NCBI GenBank assembly: GCA_020724865.1
Contig: DYGA01000001.1
Coordinates: 89,438 to 153,437, forward strand
DNA: 64,000 nucleotides
Direction: 5' to 3'
From: Candidatus Paceibacter sp.
Lineage (GTDB): Bacteria > Patescibacteriota > Patescibacteriia > S139-126
The position numbers and the translations under genes are program-made. Below are positions 27,456 through 40,300 of the stretch, one piece after another. How positions within the stretch are numbered: position 1 is the first letter of the stretch; each line of letters starts with the position of its first letter. The notes beneath the pieces were generated by a model. The model worked only from the letters and a program-made list of their open reading frames with translations. It had not been told where the DNA came from and did no database searches.

Positions 27456-28727
27456 CTAAAATAATTGATTTTGTTTGGGCTTTATTTGCAATTTTTCTGC
27501 TGCAGAAAAAATTTTTATTTTACCGTACTCGCCATCATAACCCGGTTCTACGCTTAATTTATTTTCTCTAACCCTTCTAATTCCAATTGGTAAAAGTGGA
27601 GAATATTTATTCAAATTTTCCAATTCGTCATTTGTCAAATTTATTAAGACATTAAATTCAGAACCAAAATTTTTTATGATCTCAAAATAAATATTTTGTA
27701 CTTTTTTGGCTTGCCTGTTTTGAATTGACAAACATTCGGCAATTATTTTGTCTAATTCAACCATCTTTTTAAAACCTGGCTTATGAGGTGGCAAATAACC
27801 ATAATCACGATCAGCTAACTCCTCAACACGATACTGCACGCCAACAGTTAACGGTTTTTGACATTTTGGACAAATACCTTTATTGTGCTTGGTTTGTTGT
27901 GGTGATAAAGCTATTTGACAATCCCGGTGACCATCAAAATGATAACGCCCCTCTTCGGGATAAAATTCAACAGTGTATAAAAATTTATTGACATCCTGTT
28001 GTTTCAAAATACGGATTAGTTCGTCGTAACTAAAATCTTGAGGCATTATTTCAAACACATTTGCTTCGCGACCAATATTTTGCAAAGAATGAGAGTCAGA
28101 ATTTGAGATTAATATATATTTATCCAAGGCAGATACCTGATAATTCATCAAAGGATCTGAAGAAAGACCAGTTTCTAAAGCAAATATATACGGCGCCATA
28201 TCTTCGTAGCATTCCTCTACATTATTAAAACCTGATTTGGAACCAAAAAGCGAAAACCAAGGCGTCCAAATGTGAGCCGGTATGACTTCGATTTTCTCAT
28301 CCACGGTTTTTGCCATCTCTAAAAAATCCCGATCAGACATGCCTAAAATTGGCCGACCGTCAGAGTGCAAATTTATTCCGTGATCTAATAATTTTTTATT
28401 TAATTTTTTTACGGCGGAAATATTTGGAGCTAAGACAATATTGTGGACTCTTCTAGTTTTTTCTCCTTTTTTATAAATAAAAGATAGTTCAGTGGTAAAA
28501 ATAAAATAAACTTCTGCATCACCTGTTTTCAAGGTATAAAATCCGCCACCATTATCTATTAATCTTTCTTCGCATTCCTTAAGCCAAATTGGGTGAGTAA
28601 AATCTGCAGTGGTGAGTAAATTTACGCCCTTAATTTTCCCCCACTTAGCTAAATTTTCCAGAGTCAACTCTGGAGAACAAGCCCGGCTAAAACGAGAGTG
28701 ATTATGAATGTCAGCTACTATACGCAT
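27456..28727 (-). CDS. PHP-domain protein of the TIGR00375 / endonuclease Q-like family
   Basis: N-terminal MRIVADIHNHSRFSRA… PHP-type His motif and a Zn-ribbon-like GICPKCQKP segment. The EndoQ assignment is recalled family knowledge, not verified by search. Confidence 0.5.
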   Translation of the reverse strand: MRIVADIHNHSRFSRACSPELTLENLAKWGKIKGVNLLTTADFTHPIWLKECEERLIDNGGGFYTLKTGDAEVYFIFTTELSFIYKKGEKTRRVHNIVLAPNISAVKKLNKKLLDHGINLHSDGRPILGMSDRDFLEMAKTVDEKIEVIPAHIWTPWFSLFGSKSGFNNVEECYEDMAPYIFALETGLSSDPLMNYQVSALDKYILISNSDSHSLQNIGREANVFEIMPQDFSYDELIRILKQQDVNKFLYTVEFYPEEGRYHFDGHRDCQIALSPQQTKHNKGICPKCQKPLTVGVQYRVEELADRDYGYLPPHKPGFKKMVELDKIIAECLSIQNRQAKKVQNIYFEIIKNFGSEFNVLINLTNDELENLNKYSPLLPIGIRRVRENKLSVEPGYDGEYGKIKIFSAAEKLQIKPKQNQLF

Positions 28728-28920
28728 GTTATTATAGTGTCATATTTTTTAAGCAAAAACAAATAACTAATCTCTTTAGTAAAAGATATTTTAATATTTT
28801 AAAAAAATTAATAATCTGCAGAAAAAATATATTACTAATATATTTGTCTATGCTGCTTTGCTAAAATTTTATATTTTATTTAAAAAAAATTTTTTGGAAC
28901 AATAAAAAAATAAGATACAT

Positions 28921-29032
28921 AGTTCCCGCGCCGACCTACTTTCCCCAGATGAGTATCATCGGCGCTGATAGGCTTAACTTCCGTGTTCGGAATGAGAACG
29001 GGTGTGGCCCTATCGCTGTAGGCACGGGAACT
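28921..29032 (-). rRNA. rrf: 5S rRNA
   Basis: Minus-sense agttcccgtgcctacagcgatagggccacacccgttctcattccgaacacggaagttaagcct…ggcgcgggaact. Helix I closes the ends. Confidence 0.9.
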
Positions 29033-29079
29033 ATATATCTTATTTATAATTAAATAACTAAATAATTAGTCAATACAAT

Positions 29080-32234
<3,155 letters not shown>

Positions 32235-32554
32235 TATTGGCTAATCTTGTGTCAGTAAAAACTGCATTGACTTACTTCAAACTTAGATTAATTTTTAATT
32301 TGCAATCGTTGCTCGTCACAAAAAATTTCTTTACAATAAAATTTTTTCTAACGACCAATTTGTTTATTTTTTTTCAGAGAAACAAAAAACCGCTCTTTAC
32401 AAGCGGCTGGCAGTTTTTTAAGACAACTAAAAATACCTATCCGCTTGTTTTTTGGTTTAAGGTTAAAAGTATTTTCATATATTTCGTGCTTAAGCAGTAT
32501 ATATTATATTTATATTTTTGACAAGTAGTGGATGTGGAAAAACTATATATAAAT

Positions 32555-32583
32555 ATTATATCATATTTTTATATTTTTGTCAA
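32555..32583 (-). promoter_or_regulatory. Consensus sigma-70 promoter (TTGACA-17 nt-TATAAT) for the 23S-5S unit
   Basis: Minus-sense TTGACAaaaatataaaaatatgaTATAAT, ~320 nt upstream of the 23S 5' end. Confidence 0.6.
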
Positions 32584-32744
32584 TAATATTCAATAAAAAA
32601 ATACAAAAATAAATAACAAACTGACAAAAAAATATATTATTTTTTAACAATTGGTGTATTTAACAACCACGCTCGAACGCATTTTAGTAAAAATTACTGA
32701 ACTTGAACAGCTACCCCTTTTTCTGCCCGCCCCTCCCGAGCGGA

Positions 32745-32796
32745 TTGGTTTTTGGCGCGTAGCGAATGGAGCAATTAATTTCGACAAAGTTAGTTT
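32745..32796 (-). other. Conserved tRNA 3'-flank module (copy at tRNA-Leu-TAG) followed by a GC-rich segment
   Basis: aaactaactttgtcgaaattaattgctccattcgctacgcgcc matches the tRNA-Arg flank. Confidence 0.5.
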
Positions 32797-32883
32797 TGGT
32801 GCCGGAGAGAGGACTTGAACCTCCACGGGGTTACCCCCACCAGCTCCTAAGGCTGGCGTGTATGCCAATTTCACCACTCCGGC
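32797..32883 (-). tRNA. tRNA-Leu (anticodon TAG), long variable arm
   Basis: Minus-sense gccggag-tg-gtga-…-ccagc-ctTAGga-gctgg-tgggggtaaccccgtg-gaggttcaagtcctc-tctccggc-a-cca. Confidence 0.85.
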
Positions 32884-32985
32884 AAAATATTAACTAGCAA
32901 TTATAGTGTAAAAGAAAAGCTGTTGTCAAACAAGTTAAATTTTTATAAAATAATTAGAGAAAATAATAATTTATTTAAACTTATG

Positions 32986-35565
32986 AGCCAAGAGGAGAGA
33001 CTCAAAGTTGTTGGTATTATCATGGTTTTAATTATGACCATGATTTTTATTTTACCAACAATTAGTCAAGCTAATAACAATCAAATCCAACCCGGCGATA
33101 TAATTATCACAGAAATTATGATCAATCCCAAGGCTGTTAGTGATACGGCCGGTGAGTGGTTGGAAATTTACAATTCAACCGAAAATGATATTGACTTATC
33201 AGAATGTGAATTTACTGACAATGGTAGTAATAAATTTATTATATCGCAACTGATAGTGCTGGCGGAATCTTATTCGGTGTTAGCGCGTAATGGCAATGCA
33301 AACGAAAATGGTGGTTTGACACCTGATTATATTTATACCAGTTATACCTTAACCAACACAGAAGATGTTATTATTCTAACTTGCCAAGGAACAGAAATTG
33401 ATCGTGTTGAATACAGTACAGTACTGGGTTTTACTATCCCTGATGGAGCTTCAATAATCTTAAAAGATTTAACTCTTGATAACAACGTTGGCGCCAATTG
33501 GTGCGCATCGGATAATATTTTTGGTGCGGGCGACAAAGGTACGCCGCAAACAGATAACGGCACTTGCGCCGAAACCATCACCCCCAATCCATCGCCGCTA
33601 ATTACCACTAACCGACCGCCAATAGCAGAAGCTGGGTCAAACAAAACCGTTGTTGTTGGCCAAACCGTGCAATTTGATGGTAGTAATTCTTATGATCCGG
33701 ATAATGATACGCTTAAATATAATTGGGATTTTGGTGATGGCAACAAAGCTACCGGGAAAACAACTACTCATATTTATCAACAAGCAAATATTTATTTGGT
33801 CACTCTGACGGTTGATGATGGTAAAATCTCTCAATCTGATTCACTTTCTGTCACTGTTAACAAACCGCAAATCAATAACTACCAAAATAAACTTATTATT
33901 TCCGAGCTTATGCCCAATCCCGAGGGGTCAGATGAAGATGAATGGATTGAACTTTATAATCAAAGCTCTGAACCAATAGATTTATTGGGTTTATATATAA
34001 TTGATGCCAGTAATAAAAAATATACATTTAACACTGATGATTTTGCTTCAATGGTGATTCCTGCTAATAGCTACTTTTTACTTCCGCGCGCGATCTCTAA
34101 AATAAATTTAAATAATACTCCTCCAGAAACCGTTGCTATTGTTTCACTAAATAATGAAACTATAAATGAAGTAACTTATTTTGACTCTGCTAAAGAAGGT
34201 TGGAGTTTAATTTTTTTTGCTGATGAATATCAATGGACCAATACTCCTACCCCCGGTTATGCCAATCAATTAAATTTATCAAGCGAAGATTCAAATATTA
34301 ATCAGGATGAAATTAATGATGAGGATAATACTAATGAAGAATTATTAAGTTTCAATCAAAATTGCCAATCAGCTAAAAACAATCAAATAATTTTAAATGA
34401 ACTTTTACCTTCACCTCAAGGTGATGACCGGATATTTGAATTTATTGAAATAAAAAATGTTTCCACTCTTCCTGCAAACTTGTGTGGTTGGAGCGTGAGC
34501 GATCTGACAAGACAATATTTTTTTCCAGACAATGTTATTATACCACCTTTAGGATTTTATCTAGTTGAACCAATTACATCTCATATCAGTCTAAACAACA
34601 ATGGCGATCAAATCAGTTTATATAATAGTAATGATGAGCTGGTAGATTTTACTAGTTATGGTAAAGCGGGTATTGATCAATCATGGGCACGAGCTTCGGA
34701 TAAAAGCTGGTTATGGACAAAAAATATTTCGCCGAACGAAGAAAATATTTTTTCGGAAAATACAAATGTTACCAATGAAATAATTAATTCTTCATTAACC
34801 AATAATACCAACGAATATGTTTATTTGCCTTTAGAAGAGATAAACCAAACTCAAGTTAATGATAAAGTAATTGTTACCGGAATAATTACGGCTGAACCAG
34901 GTCGGTTAGGATCGCAAATAATGTATATTATGAATGTAAATGGTTTACAAATATATCAACATTTTAAACGTTGGCCCGCAGGACTAACTGTGGGCGATCG
35001 GGTAGAAATAAAAGGTATTATGTCTTTTCCCTCTGGCCTACCACGTTTAAAAGTTCAAACAACTGACGATATATATGTTTTAGAAAAAAACCAATTTGCT
35101 AAACTAGTATTACCAATTGTTACCACCGACGAATTAACTGAAGAACTAATTGGCTCACTCATAACCATAGTCGGCACGATAGTAGAAATAAAAAAAGGCA
35201 GTTTAATGCTGGCTGACGATCAAGGTGAAATTAATTTAGTGATTAAACCTTCCACAGAAATTAATTTGCCGCCAATCAAAGAGGGTGATATAATTGAGGT
35301 AATTGGTATACTTGATAAAACAACGGCGGGCTGGAGGTTGCTTCCGCGATTCAATACGGATTTAAAAATTATTGAGGTAAAAAGTTTTACAACTTCTTCA
35401 CCAATTTTAGAAAATGACCAAAAAAATTTAAAAAATAATTTTAGCAATAAATTAATTAACTACTTATATATTACTTTACTGGCTGTTATAATTATGCTCA
35501 GCCGATTAATTTACAAATTAAAAAAACAACAATATGGATACACCAACAACCAAAAAGTTAACTGA
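32986..35565 (+). CDS. Cell-surface protein with three lamin-tail domains (LTD), one PKD domain, an OB-like region and a C-terminal TM anchor. The start is assigned to the internal Met preceding the signal peptide.
   Basis: LTD signatures IIITEIMINPK…GEWLEIYN, LIISELMPNPEGSDEDEWIELYN, IILNELLPSPQGDD…FIEIKN. PKD VQFDGSNSYDPDNDTLKYNWDFGDG. Signal peptide MSQEERLKVVGIIMVLIMTMIFILPTISQA and the C-terminal hydrophobic LYITLLAVIIMLS. Confidence 0.75.
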   Translation, partial: SQEERLKVVGIIMVLIMTMIFILPTISQANNNQIQPGDIIITEIMINPKAVSDTAGEWLEIYNSTENDIDLSECEFTDNGSNKFIISQLIVLAESYSVLARNGNANENGGLTPDYIYTSYTLTNTEDVIILTCQGTEIDRVEYSTVLGFTIPDGASIILKDLTLDNNVGANWCASDNIFGAGDKGTPQTDNGTCAETITPNPSPLITTNRPPIAEAGSNKTVVVGQTVQFDGSNSYDPDNDTLKYNWDFGDGNKATGKTTTHIYQQANIYLVTLTVDDGKISQSDSLSVTVNKPQINNYQNKLIISELMPNPEGSDEDEWIELYNQSSEPIDLLGLYIIDASNKKYTFNTDDFASMVIPANSYFLLPRAISKINLNNTPPETVAIVSLNNETINEVTYFDSAKEGWSLIFFADEYQWTNTPTPGYANQLNLSSEDSNINQDEINDEDNTNEELLSFNQNCQSAKNNQIILNELLPSPQGDDRIFEFIEIKNVSTLPANLCGWSVSDLTRQYFFPDNVIIPPLGFYLVEPITSHISLNNNGDQISLYNSNDELVDFTSYGKAGIDQSWARASDKSWLWTKNISPNEENIFSENTNVTNEIINSSLTNNTNEYVYLPLEEINQTQVNDKVIVTGIITAEPGRLGSQIMYIMNVNGLQIYQHFKRWPAGLTVGDRVEIKGIMSFPSGLPRLKVQTTDDIYVLEKNQFAKLVLPIVTTDELTEELIGSLITIVGTIVEIKKGSLMLADDQGEINLVIKPSTEINLPPIKEGDIIEVIGILDKTTAGWRLLPRFNTDLKIIEVKSFTTSSPILENDQKNLKNNFSNKLINYLYITLLAVIIMLSRLIYKLKKQQYGYTNNQKVN

Positions 35566-35756
35566 TTTTGATAACTTTTGGAAAATCATAACTTTAGTAT
35601 CGGTAGCGGTTATTGCTGAAGGCGTAATTCTCTGGGCAGCCACTTCAGATATGGCTGTTAACTGGACTTATGATACGGTTATTGCTCCTCGAGAAGTAGC
35701 TCAAGAATCTGTTGTGGATCAAACACCAGAAATGGTTAATGAATAAAAGCAAAATA

Positions 35757-35878
35757 AAAAGGCCCATTATACTGCGGACAAGAAAATTTTTATAAGGAGC
35801 ATTAAAAGCTAAAAGCCTTTAAAATCCTAATAAAAATCCCCATGCTTGTCGTGCCCGCAGAATAATGGGCTTTTTTAT
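35757..35878 (+). terminator. Long imperfect inverted repeat (ggcccattatactgcgg-acaag … cttgt-cgtg-cccgcagaataatgggc) around a ~60-nt loop, followed by TTTTTT
   Basis: The arms are about 20-bp complementary and the loop contains an aaggagc motif. Could be a complex terminator or a small structured RNA. Confidence 0.4.
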
Positions 35879-35983
35879 ATTGTCTTTTTTTTGAGTGCTA
35901 ACAAAGTAGCATAGCAAAAAAAATTTTACTTGTCAAGAGTAAAAAATTTAGTTAGATTAATCTTAAATAATTAATCATAATAT

Positions 35984-37501
35984 ATGCAATTAATAGTTCA
36001 ACCAACACCTTTAGAAAAAATTAAAGCTGACCTATTGGTAGTTAATACTTTTGCCGGCGATACCAAGCCCAATGGCGGCACTGGAGCGGTAGATAAAAAA
36101 TTGCATGGGGCAATAAGTAAAAAAATTAAAAGTATAAATTTCTTAGGTAAAAATGCAGGCGATTATTTCTTATTAGATAATCATCAATCAACTGGCCCTA
36201 AACAAATTATGGTTATATCTTTAGGTGAAAGAAAAAATTTTTCTTTGGATGTAATTAGAAAAGTTGCTGCTTTGTCACTCCTCGAAGGTAAAAAACAAAA
36301 TGCAAAAATTATTACTACTATTTTACACGGTGCCGGTAATGGTGGCCAAAACGCTCAACAGTGCGCCCAAAGTTTAACTGAGGGTATATTGCTAAGTAAT
36401 TATCACTTTGATAAATATTTAAACGAACAGAAAAAAATAAACCGAATCAATAAAATAAAAAAAATAATAATTAGTCAGAGAAATAAAAAAAATTTAACAG
36501 CAATCAAACAAGGTATAAAATTGGGCACAATTTTTGCTGAGGGACAAAATTTTGCCCGTGACTTAGTCAATGAACCAGGTCTTACCATGGACCCAAAAGT
36601 CTTGGCCGATACTGCCAAAAATATTGCTGCAAAGAATAAAAATATATCCGTTAAAATTTTTACACAAACAGACATTGCCAAATTGGGTATGAACGCTTTT
36701 TTGGCTGTAGCTGCGGGCAGTGAAAAAAATCCTTATTTTATTCATCTTACTTATCAACCGCAAACTAAACCTCAGCGAAAAATTGTTGTTGTTGGCAAAA
36801 GTATAACTTTTGACTCCGGAGGATTGTCACTAAAACCGGCTGATAGTATGACGACAATGAAATGCGATATGGCTGGCGGAGCAGCTGTTTTGGGTTTATT
36901 TTCAGTGCTATCTAAGCTTCAACCAAACGTTGAAATACATGGGCTACTGGCTGCTTGTGAAAACATGCCATCGGGTTCAGCAATCAGAGTGGGTGATGTT
37001 GTCCAAGCAATGAATGGAAAAACTATTGAAATTTTGAATACTGATGCTGAAGGTAGATTGACCTTGGCTGATGCCCTAACTTATGCGGAAAAATTAAAAC
37101 CAGATTTTATAATTGATCTGGCTACCTTAACCGGTGCGGCAATTGTAGCTTTGGGAGAAAACATCGCCGCTCTGATGACTGACAATAAAGAATTGGAAAA
37201 TAAACTTATTAAAGCTGGGGAATCAACCGGAGAAAAAATTTGGCCATTACCTCTGGAAAAAAATTATCTCTCACATATTAAAAGCAATGTGGCTGATATA
37301 CAAAATGTTGGTAAAGGTAAGGGCGTAGCTGGCACAATTGCGGCAGGATTATTTTTACAGCAGTTCGTAAAAAAGACTCCGTGGGCACATTTAGATATAG
37401 CTGGCCCGGCTTGGACTGAAGATAAATCTATTCCTTATTTAACGGTTGGTGGAAGCGGTTGGGGTGTAAGGTTATTGCTTGATTATATAAAAAATTTATA
37501 A
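35984..37501 (+). CDS. pepA: Leucyl aminopeptidase (M17 family)
   Basis: NTDAEGRL, the MKCDMAGGAAV and GKSITFDSGG metal-site motifs. Confidence 0.9.
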   Translation: MQLIVQPTPLEKIKADLLVVNTFAGDTKPNGGTGAVDKKLHGAISKKIKSINFLGKNAGDYFLLDNHQSTGPKQIMVISLGERKNFSLDVIRKVAALSLLEGKKQNAKIITTILHGAGNGGQNAQQCAQSLTEGILLSNYHFDKYLNEQKKINRINKIKKIIISQRNKKNLTAIKQGIKLGTIFAEGQNFARDLVNEPGLTMDPKVLADTAKNIAAKNKNISVKIFTQTDIAKLGMNAFLAVAAGSEKNPYFIHLTYQPQTKPQRKIVVVGKSITFDSGGLSLKPADSMTTMKCDMAGGAAVLGLFSVLSKLQPNVEIHGLLAACENMPSGSAIRVGDVVQAMNGKTIEILNTDAEGRLTLADALTYAEKLKPDFIIDLATLTGAAIVALGENIAALMTDNKELENKLIKAGESTGEKIWPLPLEKNYLSHIKSNVADIQNVGKGKGVAGTIAAGLFLQQFVKKTPWAHLDIAGPAWTEDKSIPYLTVGGSGWGVRLLLDYIKNL

Positions 37502-37572
37502 AAAAATTAATTAAAAATCAGTTCACAATAAAGAACTGATTTTAATTTTCTTATTAATTTAATCTTAAAAAC

Positions 37573-38316
37573 TTAACTATTATGATTGGTCATTTTTTCA
37601 AAAGCTCGTAAAATTTCCAAAGGAATAGCAAAAATAATTGTATTGGACTGATCCGAACTTACATCATTTAGGGTGCTTAAAGTTCGCAAATGCAAAGCTC
37701 CCTGTTGAGCAGATAAAATACCAGCAGCTTTAGCCAAATTTTCTGCTGCTGCCACTTCGCCTTGTGATTTTATAACTACCGAGCGTCTTTCTCTTTCTGC
37801 CTCAGCCTGTTTAGCTATAACCCGCTGCATATCATCAGGTAGTATAATGTCTTTGAGTTCAACACTTTCCACACTAATCCCCCAAGGGTCAGTGGCTTTA
37901 TCTACGATTTGTTTGATTTTTTGTGCTGCAGTTTCACGATTAGCCAGTAGTTCATCAAGTTCCAATTCGCCACAAACATTACGCATAGTAGTTTGTGCCA
38001 ACTGCGACACAGCATACTGAAATTTTTCCACTTCCAACACTGCTTTATCAGCGTGCTTTACCCGATAATAAATCACGGCATTAATTTTAGCTGAAACATT
38101 ATCGCGGGTAATTGTTTCTTGAAAAGGTACATCGACAGCTTTAACTCTAATATCCACTTTGGTCATGCTTTGGAAAATTGGCCAAACCAAACGCCAACCA
38201 GGATTTACAACTTTAATAAATTTTCCCAACTGAAACTTAACACCTCGCTCATATTGATCAACTTGACGTATGCTCATAATTATTAAAATTAAAATAAAAC
38301 CAATAAAATACCACAT
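37573..38316 (-). CDS. SPFH/Band-7 (stomatin/HflC-like) membrane protein
   Basis: N-terminal TM plus a Band-7 core (VESVELKDIILPDDMQRVIAKQAEAERERR). Confidence 0.8.
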   Translation of the reverse strand: MWYFIGFILILIIMSIRQVDQYERGVKFQLGKFIKVVNPGWRLVWPIFQSMTKVDIRVKAVDVPFQETITRDNVSAKINAVIYYRVKHADKAVLEVEKFQYAVSQLAQTTMRNVCGELELDELLANRETAAQKIKQIVDKATDPWGISVESVELKDIILPDDMQRVIAKQAEAERERRSVVIKSQGEVAAAENLAKAAGILSAQQGALHLRTLSTLNDVSSDQSNTIIFAIPLEILRAFEKMTNHNS

Positions 38317-38374
38317 ATATTTTAGAGAAAATAATTAGTTTGTTTTATTATAACGAATTCTATTAAAATACACT

Positions 38375-39439
38375 ATGGCAACTTGTCAAAGTGCATCAAT
38401 ACAGTTAATCTTAAAACATATGACGGACAGAATAATTTCACCAACTAGCAAAGAAGAAGATATAAAATTGGACCAAACTTTACGGCCAAAAACCATGACT
38501 GATTTTATTGGGCAAGATAAAGTTAAAAAAAATTTGGAAATTTTTATTGGTGCGGCTAAAAAAAGACAAGAACCAATCGAACACACGCTTCTGTACGGAC
38601 CTCCGGGCTTAGGAAAAACTTCACTGGCTTATATTATTGCCAATGAAATGAACGCTCAAATCAGAGTTACTTCAGGCCCAGCTATTGAACGTAGCGGAGA
38701 TTTGGCGGCAATTCTTACCAATTTAAACGATGGTGATATTTTATTTATTGATGAAATACATCGTTTAAACAAAGTGGTTGAAGAAATCTTATACCCTGCT
38801 ATGGAAGATTTTGCTTTGGATATAATTGTCGGTAAAGGACCTTCAGCTAGAACCTTGAGAATTGATTTGCCTCATTTTAGTATTATTGGCGCTACCACTA
38901 AATATCATTTATTATCTTCACCATTACGTGATCGGTTCGGTTCAACTTGGCGATTGGATTTTTATACCAATGATAATATTACTCAAATTATCAAACGAGC
39001 AGCAAAAATTTTAAATTTCACAATTGATGAAGAATCAGCCAAAATACTATCTACTCGAGCTAGACAAACTCCGCGCATTGCCATTCGCTTACTCAAAAGA
39101 ATTCGTGATTTTGCTGATATAAAAAACCACGGCCAAATCAACCCGTCAATTACCAATGAAGCTTTGGCTTTATTGGATATTGATGAGATGGGACTTGATG
39201 AAATTGATCGAAGATTATTAAAAATTATTATAGAAAAATACCAGGGCGGTCCAGTAGGATTGGGGACTCTTGCCGCTTCCTTATCTGAAGATATTGGCAC
39301 GATCGATGAAATATATGAACCTTGGTTAATGCAGTTAGGATTTTTAGCTAGAACTCCAAAAGGAAGAATCGCTACAAAACTAGCATACGAACACCTAAAA
39401 TTAACACCACCTCCTAACCAACAAGAAAAACTAATATGA
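38375..39439 (+). CDS. ruvB: Holliday junction branch migration ATPase RuvB
   Basis: [21 protein letters not shown] Walker A, sensor motifs and a C-terminal winged helix. Confidence 0.9.
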   Translation: MATCQSASIQLILKHMTDRIISPTSKEEDIKLDQTLRPKTMTDFIGQDKVKKNLEIFIGAAKKRQEPIEHTLLYGPPGLGKTSLAYIIANEMNAQIRVTSGPAIERSGDLAAILTNLNDGDILFIDEIHRLNKVVEEILYPAMEDFALDIIVGKGPSARTLRIDLPHFSIIGATTKYHLLSSPLRDRFGSTWRLDFYTNDNITQIIKRAAKILNFTIDEESAKILSTRARQTPRIAIRLLKRIRDFADIKNHGQINPSITNEALALLDIDEMGLDEIDRRLLKIIIEKYQGGPVGLGTLAASLSEDIGTIDEIYEPWLMQLGFLARTPKGRIATKLAYEHLKLTPPPNQQEKLI

Positions 39440-39675
39440 CAATATATTTATGGTATTTTTTAATTCCTTATGCCTTATTCAGTTTGGTGATTTTTGTCAT
39501 GGCCTGGTTTAATTTGTATCATATTATACGTTTTAGCTTTTCCAATTCAACCTCAACAATCAATATTATTATTTATCTATTAGGTTTATCTATTATCTTA
39601 ATAACTTCACTGATTGGCATTCTACAGTATGATTGGTCACAAGCTATTGAAATTAATTTATCTTTAAATGCTTAA
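39436..39675 (+). CDS. Small membrane protein (2 TM), hypothetical
   Basis: ORF overlapping the ruvB stop by 4 nt, with hydrophobic helices. Confidence 0.4.
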   Translation: MTIYLWYFLIPYALFSLVIFVMAWFNLYHIIRFSFSNSTSTINIIIYLLGLSIILITSLIGILQYDWSQAIEINLSLNA

Positions 39676-40300
39676 GAATCATTTTTTTCCTTCTCAAAAA
39701 CCAGATGAAAAAATTATTATGTTGCGTCGCCGTCATTGGTTAATAGCCGCTACTATTATTTTAAAATATGGACTATTTCTTTTAGCGCCAATTATATTAT
39801 ATTTTCTCATTAACAATGTTTTTACTTTTGTGGAAATTAGACTGGAACAAAGTCTATTAGCCGGCCCATTACTGACTTTATTATTATCTTTATACTATAG
39901 CTTAACTTGGGTTTTATTTTGGCATGCTTGGATTGATTATTATCTAGACGTTTGGATAGTAACTGATAAACGAATTGTCAATATAAAACAAAAAGGGTTA
40001 TTTTCCCGTTCCATATCTGAAGCTAAACTTTATCGTATACAAGACGTCCAAGCAGAAGTACACGGCCTATTGCCAACTTTTTTTCATTTTGGCAATGTTA
40101 CTATACGCACTGCTGGTAATGAAACATTTGCCGTTTTTGAACAAGTCCCTAGTCCCTACGAAACTTCCCGAGAAATTTTAAAACTGGTTGAATACGAAAA
40201 AAAACATCACGACAATAATGATGATAATAAAATTAATACAATAAAAGCTGGTGATCCAGATCACGACTCAATCAATAATCAAATCTACCATGGAGCTTAA
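39668..40300 (+). CDS. Membrane protein with a bacterial PH-like (YdbS/YdbT, DUF304-type) domain
   Basis: Two N-terminal TM helices followed by a ~100-aa domain with a PH-like pattern. Family recalled, not verified. Confidence 0.4.
   Translation: MLKNHFFPSQKPDEKIIMLRRRHWLIAATIILKYGLFLLAPIILYFLINNVFTFVEIRLEQSLLAGPLLTLLLSLYYSLTWVLFWHAWIDYYLDVWIVTDKRIVNIKQKGLFSRSISEAKLYRIQDVQAEVHGLLPTFFHFGNVTIRTAGNETFAVFEQVPSPYETSREILKLVEYEKKHHDNNDDNKINTIKAGDPDHDSINNQIYHGA

Noticed and set aside
35534-35746. 70-aa ORF overlapping the 3' end of the LTD-protein gene
   Set aside because: It is out of frame with, and overlaps by 30 nt, a well-supported gene. There is no RBS and no conservation evidence, so it is kept only as low-confidence.
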